From: Nemertoderma westbladi
Taxonomy: Eukaryota > Animalia > Xenacoelomorpha
Direction: 5' to 3'
NCBI GenBank assembly: GCA_032718475.1
Contig: JAUCBJ010007173.1
Coordinates: 171,916 to 235,915, forward strand
DNA length: 64,000 nucleotides
Of this stretch, positions 38,714 through 49,848 are shown in pieces. The notes under the pieces were generated by a model. That model was given only the letters and a program-made list of their open reading frames with translations. It was not told where the DNA came from and searched no databases. Made by a program: the position numbers and the translations under genes. The stretch's first letter is position 1; each line of letters begins with the position of its first letter.

Positions 38714-39275
38714 TGTGACGGGATCCACCAAGGATCCCGATTTATCCGGTTGGTTTCTAATCTACGGTCCCCGCCGTGCGTAATGTAAAAGAGTTCCGGT
38801 GTTGTTGACTGATCGGTGTATATATAATATAGGGTATAATAGTATAAACACAGTAGAAGCTGATATAATGATAAAGTGGGTGAATACCGGTAATGCATTG
38901 AACGGTGATGGTGGCAGTGGACGGAGACGTGATTAGAGTTCCGTTACTACCCTAACCTACTGACTTACTAAGTGAATGGGATAATATGATGACTGGTAAT
39001 ATATATTGCACGGTTGGCCACGTGGTGTTACTCAGTCGATGCTTTCCCCCCATTGGCTAATATCCTACTTGTCACCCTTTTGCCCCCCTCTGAAGTGCTT
39101 CCCTTCGCCCTTGCTATTCTCTCTCTGTCAGGGGTGTGGCCCCTGACCCCTATTGTGTGTTTCTCCTTCCCACTTTATTGGGGTGACACGAGGTTGGGTA
39201 ATCAACCTCGTGCTCCCAATATTGCTTAACGGCTTACTTTATGGGTTTGTGTTAGCGGAATTGGATAAGCTAACA
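38714..39275 (-). repeat. 3' LTR
   Basis: Direct repeat of 45601-46163, adjacent to the PPT. Confidence 0.95.
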
Positions 39276-39805
39276 CTCCCCCCCATGCTATCTTCCCGGT
39301 AAGAAGATAGCATCCAACTAAAGTGCGCTACAATTCCGCTGGATCCCGATCTAGTATCGGGTGTGGGGTGGGTCTATTTTCTTTCGGAGCCGGCTTTCCA
39401 GGCCGCTCCCTATGGGTATGATGTCACTACCCTCTGGCGTCTCGTGTCGGGCCGATCGTGCGCTTCTCTCACACAATTTTTGTTTCCCCAACACTCTCAC
39501 CACTCTAACTCCGCTCTCTGACTCAACTCGCTCTTGCCCTCTCCCCACACCTGAATCGCACACTTCTCTCTCGCCAACAGTTCCTTCCACTATCTCCTCT
39601 CTACTCCCTGCCACTCTCTAAGGCCCTAATCTCTAATGCTACCCCTGTGCTATCATACTATCTACCCACTGCTTACTTGCTAACTATCTAACTTCTCTAA
39701 CTCTAACTAACTCCTAACTCTACTAACTACTAACTCTACTCTCTGCTAAGTCTACTAACTCTTTCCTAACTCTGACTAAAACCCTCTAACTAACTCTACC
39801 TCTAT

Positions 39806-40220
39806 CTACGTGGCGCTAACGGTGCCCACAACCACAACCGGTACTACGTACCCTCTTACTAACTCTACCTCCATCTACGTGGCGCTAACGGTGCCCACAA
39901 CCACTCTACTACTGCTTCTACTCTGCTACTATCTTTCTAACTCTACTTAGTCTACTCCTTTCTACTCTCTACGTGGCGCTTGCGGTGCCCACAACCACTC
40001 TGCTTACTACTAACTTCCGTCTACGTGGCGCTTGCGGTGCCCACAACCACTCTCTCCTACTACTTTCTACGTGGCGCTTCCGGTGCCCACAACCTCTCTC
40101 TTACTACTTTCTACGTGGCGCTTCCGGTGCCCACGACCCCCCTACTACTACTCCTTTCTACGTGGCGCTTCCGGTGCCCACGACCCCCCTACTACTACTC
40201 GTGGCATGACAACATGCCAC
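39806..40220. repeat. Array of 7+1 conserved ~25-bp hairpin motifs with variable CT-rich spacers
   Basis: CTACGTGGCGCT(AAC/TGC/TCC)GGTGCCCAC at 39806, 39875, 39969, 40021, 40067, 40111 and 40158; variant GTGGCATGACAACATGCCAC at 40201. Confidence 0.85.
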
Positions 40221-40416
40221 ACTCCCTTGCCCGCCGCCTTCTAACTTACTCACCTTCTACCTAACTTCTAACTGCTACTTCTTACTATCCTCTACTAATT
40301 ATTATTTAATTATTTTTATTATTTGTTTTTTAATTAAATAATTATTTTCTTGTGGGAAGGGCGTCTCGCCCTCATTCCCACCCCCCTCAGTCCAAAATAT
40401 TGGACGACTAAACCTC

Positions 40417-43400
40417 CTAACTAGGGCGATTCTTCCAACAGGCACTCTCCCACTGTTGCTCTTGTAGGTCCTGTAGGATTCGCCGCACTCTCTTCGCCAA
40501 TTCCATCTCACCAGGAATTGGTTCTCCCTCTTCTGCCACCCTGAAATTGGGTCTCTCCGCCGCCTTCTTAACTTCCTCCTCTCTTGGCATCAAAATGCCA
40601 CCTCCTTCCTTGTTATCTCCCAGCGGCAGAATGAATAGAAAGTGAAAGAACAGGCAAAACAGAAGGTACGATAATAGACCTATCCCTTTCCATCCTGTCT
40701 TCCTTCTCGACTTCCCCCTTGTCGGTATGCCTCCAAACCGGACTGGCGTCTCTTCCGGACACTCCTTTGGACACTCCTCCGGACTATTGTCCCCCTGACA
40801 CTCCACCGGATACTCTTCTGGAGTGTTGTCCTCCGGACACCTCGCCATCCGCTCCTCTCCATCTCCATACCGATGCTTGCTGGGAAATCCACTCTCCTCC
40901 GCCAATTCTCCTGGTTCTACTTCCCTGTCTGGCTCTACTATCTCCTCCGGCTTCTTGTCTTCGTCCTCTGTGTCTGCGGTGCCTGGTAACATGCACCCTG
41001 ATGTCTCTGTCACACTGCATGGGATCTTGGTTTTAACTGGGCCGCTAAGCGTCCATCCGAACGGCGTGAGGATCGCCGTAGGGTCCCGCTGCCTGTCTTC
41101 GCCGAAGACCGTCCGTGTTCTCTCGTGGGCCGTCGGGCAGTCCATTCCTACTATAATGGACACCTTCCTAACGTCCACCTTTGGTATTGAGAAATCGATA
41201 CCGTCCAGGAATCTATACTGCTCGACCTCAATGTTGGTTGGTCGCCTGGCGTTGATATTTATCGATTCTATGATGTGGATGGGGTCGATCGTCGCCCCAT
41301 AGTCGCATCCCGGTGCAATCGCTGCTATCATGCACCGCCCCGTCCTCGTCTCCAGGACCTCATCTTTACTCGAGACGGTAGTTACCGCCATTCTATTCGG
41401 CCTCGTCTTTAGCCCTATCTCTTCGGCCACCCAGTTCTCCACCAGCGTGAAGGCTGCTCCGCTGTCGACCAGCATTAATGTCGTTACTGATCGACTGCCC
41501 TCTCCTGATATCTTTACTGGTACTACCCCGAGTAGTACTTTTCTCTTCTTCTCCTCTTCTGTCATGCTTGTAGCCATTGTTTGGCCTCCAGTCTCCTCCT
41601 CTCTTGCTGCTGTTTCTCTACACTCTCCGGGTCTGTGTCCTTCTACCACACATTGATGACATAGTCCATTTGCGTCTGTGTAGGCTATACGATCTTGTTT
41701 GGGCAACGCTTGCCAGTGCTTACAACTCCTGGTCTTATGGGTTCCGTCCCGGTGTAATTGACATTCGAATCCTGGATTATAGCGTTCCCTGTATAGTCCC
41801 TCACGTATGGCGCGTAGGTTTATATGTACCAATTTAGTGTTTTGGTTGTCTGTACTCGGCCTACTGGGTATATTGGGATTGTGTTTATTTATGGTGCTAT
41901 TTTCTTTCTGTCCCTGCCACGGTGTGGCCCTACTCCCAGCTAACTGTGGGCTTGTAGCCCCCTGTGTGGCCGCATGTGGTAGCGACTCTCTTACTCTTGA
42001 GAATGGATCCGTCGGATTATGTTCGGGTCCAGGCCTGTTGTATTCTGTCTTTGGTGCCTTCCCCAAACTATCCTCACTATAGACTGGGTCTGTAATTAAT
42101 TCGGCTTCATAGTTTAGGAAGCTCGACATTTCTTCTAGGCCCGGTTCCGCACCTTTCTTCTCTCGAGTGGAGAAGGCGATCTTCCTCCACTTTCTCCGCA
42201 GCCAGATCGGGAGTGCCTGCGCTATCGTGGTGATGTTGTTAGACGCGTTGAGTTCGTATGGTGCGCCTAGCGTCTTCAGTACGATTAACGCCTTCTCGAC
42301 CTTATTCGCAAAGGTCTTTATGCTAACGGGATTATCCTGTAGGCCATCCAATGTTATGCCTCTCAGGGTCTGCCGGATGATCTTGGCTGGGTGCCCGTAC
42401 TCCCTATCTAACGCCCGCCATGCTGTCGTGAAGCCGCCCTCGATGCCCTGGTATTGCCTCACGATGTCGTATGCTGGGCCTCCTGTATATACTTGCAGAT
42501 ATTTTAGGCACTCCGCCTGCGTCAAGTTCTTACTTAATATCTCGTTGCTGTACATGCGCCGAAACTGCAGGTATTCTTCCGGCCTACTTCCGTCAAATTT
42601 AAATGGCTCGACTGGTGGTAACTCGATCCTGGTCTTTAATGCATCGATTAATGTGGCCATTCCCATCGCTTGCGCTTCCAATGGGTTCGATGGATGTTGT
42701 ACAGACTCTCCTATTGGGTGCGGTCCATTCGTCCTATCTGTTGTTGATTTTATTTGTTGCGTCGGATATATCATTGGGGGTAACGGCCCCCTCCATATTT
42801 CCGTGTCGCACGACCTATTCTCGTCCAAGGGGTTCGATGTTCTTGCTCCTATTGGGGTATATTGTTGATATTGTAATGGGGGAATGTCACCCTGTCCCCC
42901 CCCCCACCACCGGTATGTTTGGTACTGGGGTTGATGTTAATATATTGGGGCCCATACATCTATCTACAATAACTCTCCCCTCCCCTGGATATATGTTATG
43001 TCCCTGTGTATTATAGTCATGCTGCTGTACCGATATAGGCCTACCTACCTCTCGCCTACCTACCGGTATGTACTCCACGACTTCCGGGTTTAATCCCGTC
43101 GTTCGCGCTACCCTATCGCCTACTCTATCTCTCCCAGCATGGCCTATAATAGTATGTGCAGTAAGGCCTACAGTATGTCCTGCAGTCTGCATGTGCCCTT
43201 CCGAACCGCAGTTTATTCTTCGCGAATCTCGAATCTCCCCGCAACTACCGTACTCTCGATCGGCAGCTATATCACGTCGGGAAGTTTCCCTTCGATCCCC
43301 TATCCTGCTCTCGTCTTCGTATCGGTACGTCCTGTACCCGTCTCCTGGCGTGCGGTGCGTTTCTCCGGGGCGACGGCAATCTCCCGAAGTTCGACCCCAC

Positions 43401-45520
43401 TGACTCCCTAACTCCATCTCTACTATCGACGGCTCGCTATCCGTCCTCGCTCTCCGGTTGCTCCTAGCAACGACTCTTCTATTATCTTCCCTTCTTCTCT
43501 CTTTGACCTCTCGGTTAAACTCTACTAATCTTCTTCTATCTTCGATCTCTCTGTTAAACTCTACTAATCTTCTTCTATCTTCGACCTCTCTATTAAACTC
43601 TACTAATCTTCTCTCTTCTGACTGGGCTCGACGTTCCGTCGCCCGCCCTCTCGCGACGTCAACCTGTCTCTCTCTGCTCGATCGCACGCCGCTGGGGATA
43701 CTCGCAATCCCCCTATTACTCTCTATCGCCGGGTGTTGCGGTGTACCTAATTCGGCCCGCGCATTATCCACCGACGCCTGTGGGACACTCTCTGCCCCCC
43801 CTCTCTCGCTACTAATCTCTCGTGGTGGGGCGCCCGTAGCCCCCCCCCCCCACCCGCCACTTCTAACTTCACTATCTCTTACTACACTTCTGCATCCCTC
43901 TTGTCGGACATTCTCTACCTCCCCCCTCTCGCCACTAATCTTCCGTGATGAGGCTCCTGTAGCCCCCCCTCACTCGCCACATCTAACTTCACTATCTCTT
44001 ACTCCACTTCTACACCCTTCTCTAGTCGACACACTATCTCTACTACGGCTGGGTCTATTCACCCCCGCCTCTCTCTCTACTACTGCGAGGCCTACCAGGC
44101 CCACCTCGGGTTGGCTCAACCCCGCTACCTCCTGCCTACCAACTGCGTGGCCTACTAGGCCGCCGTCGGGTTGGCTCAAGCCCGCCACTTCCTGCCTACT
44201 AACTACGTGGCCTACCAGGCCGCCGTCTGTCGGGCTATACATGTCTGGCGCGTTAACATCAATAGCACCACTCCCAATATTATTTGTTAAATCAATTAAA
44301 TTATTAGAATTTGAAACGGGATTATTTAAATTATTTAAATTAGAGTTGTTATTATTTTCAAAATTTAAATTATTATTCGAATTATTTGAATTATTCTGAA
44401 TATTTGAATTAATATTATTATTTGAATTTAAACTTAAACCACTACTACCAGGTGAAATATTTCCTGTAATAAAGGGATTAGGGTTATTTACTACGGTACT
44501 ATTAATACCAACATTTCCTAACGTACTACTACTACCCCCCTCGCCCGTACGGCTACTGTACGTGTACCGCACGCTCTGTTCTCTTGCCTCACGCTCTTTG
44601 CGTTCACTCTCTTGCTCCTTCCCTCTCCCCATTATCCGGTCTAATTCTTTCACCCTTAATTTATATGCCAGATTTATCTTCCGCATCCGTCTTTCTTTTG
44701 CGGAGGATGTAGCAGACTTATCGGTTGTGACGGATTCCCGCCGCCCCTCCGTCCTACTAACTTTCCCCCGCCCTCCGGGGTTCTCGCTGACCGACGAGAC
44801 CGAATCCTCGGAGCTAGTCTCGGATTCGCCCTCGTGCGGTCCCGCCCAACCCACTAACTTAACTTCCCTGGCATCGACTAAGTATGGCCCTATGTACACG
44901 ACACCAGGCCCCATACCCCTACGTTCCCATAGCCCAAACAGTTCGATGGCAACCCCTCTCGCTCTCTCGCTGGCTAGTTCTCCCTGCCCAGAACGCACTA
45001 GTTAATCAAAGTATCTGTTCGACTCACCTAGTCGTCTACTCAACTTCACCTGGTCTATCTCAGCCCCTCCTTTGGCTTCCTTCAGTTGCTCCCGGGTCGC
45101 GGCGTAGGCTCGTCGAAGTCGATCGGAAACCCCGACGTCCTCGTCGCCGACCTCTCCTCCATCTCTCCGGGTCCGACGTCGTACCGGTGGCCCCACCGTC
45201 GCCATTCCGGTGGGCCGTCCGTCGCCCTCGGCCTGTGGCTGGCCGGCGACATCGGTACGTCGACCCTCGCTCCGCGTCGACTCGTCTCTCTCCTCTCCCG
45301 TCTCACTCTCTCCTCTACTCGACTCGCTCTCTCCTCGTAGATGACCCCCCACATCTTGGTTCGCCGGGTTGCTCGTTATCGACGTGGCGTTAACCGGCGT
45401 CGACGTGGTCGACGTAGCATCAACCGGTGTCGTGGGTCCGTATCGTCTCGTCGCGGCCTCGCGGATCGTTAGATCGTCGTCCGGGGTCCGCGGCGGTGTT
45501 GTCTTTCCTTCCCTACTCAT
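40417..45520 (-). pseudogene. BEL Gag-protease polyprotein (~1700 codons) with two in-frame stops (45002-45004, 43970-43972) and a frameshift at the homopolymer near 42900
   Basis: ORFs 45002-45520, 43970-44998 and 42887-43771 share one frame. 40417-42828 carries PFKFDG...CLKYLQVYTGGPA, Cys/His knuckles, LVDSGA and LTPFGW. Confidence 0.9.
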
Positions 45521-45589
45521 CTTTGGCCTTTGGTCGGTGGCTGACAGTCAGTTTCTTCCTTTACTTTTAGGGTAGCTGTGGATCTAATC

Positions 45590-45600
45590 ACTCTAATCAC
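45590..45600 (-). promoter_or_regulatory. Non-tRNA primer-binding site candidate, complementary to LTR 45816-45826
   Basis: Element-sense GTGATTAGAGT pairs exactly with element-sense ACTCTAATCAC in the LTR. Confidence 0.75.
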
Positions 45601-46163
45601 TGTGACGGGATCCACCAAGGATCCCGATTTATCCGGTTGGTTTCTAATCTACGGTCCCCGCCGTGCGTAATGTAAAAGAGTTCCGGTGTTGTTGACTGAT
45701 CGGTGTATATATAATATAGGGTATAATAGTATAAACACAGTAGAAGCTGATATAATGATAAAGTGGGTGAATACCGGTAATGCATTGAACGGTGATGGTG
45801 GCAGTGGACGGAGACGTGATTAGAGTTCCGTTACTACCCTAACTAACTGACTTACTAAGTGAATGGGATAATATGATGACTGGTAATATATATTGCACGG
45901 TTGGCCACGTGGTGTTACTCAGTCGATGCTTTCCCCCCATTGGCTAATATCCTACTTGTCACCCTTTTGCCCCCCTCTGAAGTGCTTCCCTTCGCCCTTG
46001 CTATTCTCTCTCTGTCAGGGGTGTGGCCCCTGACCCCTATTGTGTGTTTCTCCTTCCCACTTTATTGGGGTGACACGAGGTTGGGTAATCAACCTCGTGA
46101 CCCCCAAAATTGCTTAACGGCTTACTTTATGGGTTTGTGTTAGCGGAATTGGATAAGCTAACA
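45601..46163 (-). repeat. 5' LTR; candidate initiator TCAGTT ~45850 on the minus strand
   Basis: Direct repeat of 38714-39275. Confidence 0.95.
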
Positions 46164-46303
46164 AATTGGGCCTCCAACAAACCTAACATCATGGATATTG
46201 AATATCTTCAAATGATATTGGTTGCTGTTTCTATAGTAACAGAGAAAGTTATAAAGGTTTCATCTATGGATTGTTTGCACTCAAATACCATGGTTACTTT
46301 TAG

Positions 46304-46868
46304 ATCAGCTCGCCCAGATATCATGCCCGACACACCATGGTATGAAGAAAAACCAGGAGTCAATACAACGGGTTGTACTTCCTGTCGAGTGTTCTTCTCT
46401 CAATTGCCAGGATTGTACTTTTTAAACCTAGAAGAGGACAAAGCTTTGGCGTACACTAGGGAACAAACCTGCGTAACGGAGGAGGTCTGTGAGGAGATCT
46501 CCAATGAAGACGAATGCAGGGTGAGATGGAAGGAATTTCATCCTCGAGGTGTAGAACCTCATGAGGATGATGGCCACAGAGTCCGTGTCCAGCTGACACG
46601 TCCAAGTTGTCAGACAGTCTGTTGCAACGGGCCAGAAGACTGCAACAAAGTTGAGGACCGAGAGTGGGAACACGACTATCTGTTCCCCAACGGGACCGTG
46701 GATTGGGCCGATCCGAGGTTTGATCCGGTTACAACAACCGAACCGGTTACAACAGTAACCTCAACCACAGCTGAGCCATACACAACGACTTCAAGTTGGG
46801 CAAATAACCTCAATGGAGCTGTGGCTTCTGTTTTGGTGGCAGTAACAATTCATCTTAACTTTTACTGA
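46304..46868 (+). CDS. Terminal exon of a Ly6/uPAR (three-finger)-like, probably GPI-anchored cell-surface protein
   Basis: TTACTTTTAG acceptor at 46303; Cys pattern ending CQTVCCNGPEDCN; Thr-rich stalk; hydrophobic C-terminus (GAVASVLVAVTIHLNFY); AATAAA at 47132. Confidence 0.75.
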
Positions 46869-49224
46869 TTTTCAGTACATTGTGTGGTGGTGTTATTTAC
46901 CAGCTACTATTATTTTATATGTACAAACTTTCATGATTATTATGGTATCGTCGCCCTCAAGTGGCAGATTGGAGAACTGCAGACGGATTGGCCCTCCTCT
47001 GATTAACACTACTGATGGAACTGAAATTATTGTTAATAATGAAACTTAAAATTGTAACTAAGAAATCTTTTGGAGAAATCCTCAAAGTATATTATTCAAA
47101 TCAACACCTACCTTAAAAAGGAAAAATGATCAATAAAATGTGAATAAGTATTGGTACATCATGTTGGTATACTTTTATAATAGGCTCATTCGATTTAGTT
47201 GAGGTAGGCATATTCAAAACAAGAATTGAATGATTATTTCTTTAGATATTGTGTGAAAAGTTTGTGCTTGCTCAACTTGACCCAAGATATCAATCTATTG
47301 CATCCGCACATAAGTTTTGAGAAATATAATATCAAGAACTATTGACCTTACTATTGATTTTATGGTGTAAATACCCATCATAGCGGTCGAATGAGACTAT
47401 TGTTTAGTATGTGAGCTAATTGGAAGCTAACGAATTGGAAACGAAAGTAACGAATTGTTTTTAGTTAAAAAATGAATATATGCATACGGTATCTCAAAAT
47501 AATGTTGATTTGAACAGAACATTTTTGTGAAATATCTCGAGAGCTTTTCACTCTATTATTGTTTCTATGGTATCAACACCCACTAAATCGATTATTGTGC
47601 ATCAGATGAGCCTAGTATCAAGCTCATGCAACCATAAATAGTATCAAACAATGTATTTTGCGTATTTAGTGCCAATTTCTTCTAACTGAAAACCTTCAAA
47701 ATTTGAACTCACTTGGGGTAGCACATGATAAAATTGATTAAAATACAAAATTACAGATTGATATTGTTTCTAATCATAAATGGCACTCTTTCCACTTCCA
47801 TGTATTACAAATTAGCAAGCTTATAATTTTTTTGTTAAAAAATAGTTTTGGTTCACGAAAAATGAGGCGTGGAGTGAAATAGTAAAATTTCACCCAATAG
47901 TTAATTTTTTCATATTTAATTTTCTTTCCAAACAAACTTTTTTCGAGGTTTTGCATCACACAGAATGGAATAAAAGCGGTTCCTTAAGAACAATAAAATA
48001 AAGAGGTTGGTAGTTTTCATCAGGAATTTATCAAATTATATTTCATTGGTGGCGTGCTAAATTTGGTTCTCCCTAATTGGACACGACCCTTCAATTTCAT
48101 GCTTTGAGAGTATTCCCATTCGATTCGTCAGAGACCCAGGAAACGATTTTGAAAATAGTAATATAAACTCATATTACGTTAACTCATTTTCAAAATGTTG
48201 AGTTCCATGCCTCATTTATGGAACCATAAATGGTATATTAATTATATTAGTCATTTTAAATGGAAATTCGGGGTAGGTCCTTATTGGAGGAAATATTTAT
48301 CGCTTTAACGATAAAAACCCTTATCATGATGTCTTCTACGCCGGCTAAAGGGTCACTTAGTCCATTAATTGGGGTCTATCATTTCCTGGACGTCGATTAG
48401 TACTCGGAATGCTTGGCCGGGTATTTGATCCATGTTGTGTTTAAGTTTCTCGAGTTAGACCTAAGGGGAATTATTTATTGGTCATAATTAAAATCAAGTA
48501 ATAATCATAATGACACATTTTATAACTCGTTAAATTAGCGCATCAGTAGTACAGAGAACTCTACCCAGCCAGTAGTAGTGCGAGGCACTACTGCTGGGAT
48601 CAAAAAGGGATCTTCATTTTGTATATTTATTATAGATGCAGATTTATTTTATTGGTGATATTTAGGCCAACTTTTTTGGTAGAAGGTTAAATATAAGTGC
48701 TATATGTTAATTATATTATATCTAACATGTTCTATTATATATATAACGGGTTGCTTTAATAATTATTATTACTACTATTTATCTTATTACCTGTTACTTC
48801 GGATTACACCAATGCAGCTGATGATTGCCAAGTATATATAAAAAATTTATAGAAAAATAATAAGACAAACAGAGGGCCGACTAACCGTTTTAGTTAAGCA
48901 AAAAATAGTCAAACTCAGATACAAATATGTTAGCGATATAAATTAATAATATAACAAATGGTAAGTACAGTATATAATAAAGAGACCAATATCCCGCTGT
49001 TTTTAATAATTATTTATTACATGGGAAAAAAGGTAGAACTTTTTTTCATTATTCTCGAGGCATTTTATTTACCGAGCGTTAGCGAGGTTAATAAATGGTT
49101 AAGAGAATATTGAAAAAAAATGTTCTACGTTTTTTTCCCATGTAATAGATTCCTGATGCTGCCTTACTCAATGTTAAAATAATTTAGTGTTCTCGAATAT
49201 TTATTACGTAGCTAGAGAGCCGCC

Positions 49225-49379
49225 TTATTCTATTTAATAAATACACAAAATTCTAGAACGTGTTATAATTTTATGAGTTGGTTGGCAACAGTGGTATGCC
49301 TATACAATATCTATATTGCGTAGCTAATCATACATAAACAAATTGTTCCAGAATATTGTGTATTTATTAAATAGAATAA
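49225..49379. mobile_element. 155-bp MITE-like element with ~35-bp terminal inverted repeats
   Basis: TTATTCTATTTAATAAATACACAAAATTCTAGAAC versus GTTCCAGAATATTGTGTATTTATTAAATAGAATAA (2 mismatches). Confidence 0.75.
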
Positions 49380-49848
49380 ATGGCATGCAGCGAACGATAA
49401 TTCTTGCAATCTTTGAACGCCTATATCTCAGCTGTTTCTCAACGAAATTCAAACATTGTTACATATTTGGAATTCTTGCAACACAAGCTTTCTATTGATA
49501 TGAAAAAATTACGGCTAATTTGAAGAATGGCAATGATACGGACGGTGCGATTTCGCAAAAGACACTTTTTTAAAACGCTTATAAAAAAAATTTAAGGACG
49601 AAATAGAAATTTCTGACTTCATGGTAACAACCACGGTGAGTTGAACTAGTTGTGTTTCAAATTTCAAGCAATATGATAAAGATTTGTAGAAAAATTTTGG
49701 GGGGGGGGGTGGTCCGTGTCATCATAGAATGACACTATATTACGGGTCATGGTGTACCTCGCTCATTCCTTGGCATACAGTACTTAACTACAGTATATAC
49801 AATTAGTTGGAACCAGTCAAATCATATCACTATAATTACATCAATAGG

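Larger units (their letters stand above)
38714..46163 (-). mobile_element. Young non-autonomous BEL/Pao LTR element (7.45 kb), gag-protease only
   Basis: 562/563-bp TG...CA LTRs with ~5 differences counted by eye; TSD AATTG (38709-38713 and 46164-46168); G-run PPT at 39276-39284 on the minus strand; no RT, RNase H or integrase motifs. Confidence 0.95.

Noticed and set aside
39806-40220. Repeat-spacer array as CRISPR
   Set aside because: Spacers are low-complexity, related to each other and of irregular length, and the array lies inside an LTR element.
40600-40690. Hydrophobic stretch after the protease as an env or transmembrane domain
   Set aside because: Short, follows a deletion junction and is encoded by T-rich sequence; no ectodomain.
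43458-44399. 313-aa plus-strand ORF, and similar antisense ORFs at 42167-42868 and 18716-19216
   Set aside because: Antisense shadows of biased gag coding sequence with no recognisable motifs.
46110-46303. N-terminal part of the 252-aa ORF as coding
   Set aside because: It starts at a TTG inside the LTR and crosses intron-like sequence; a good splice acceptor lies at 46303.
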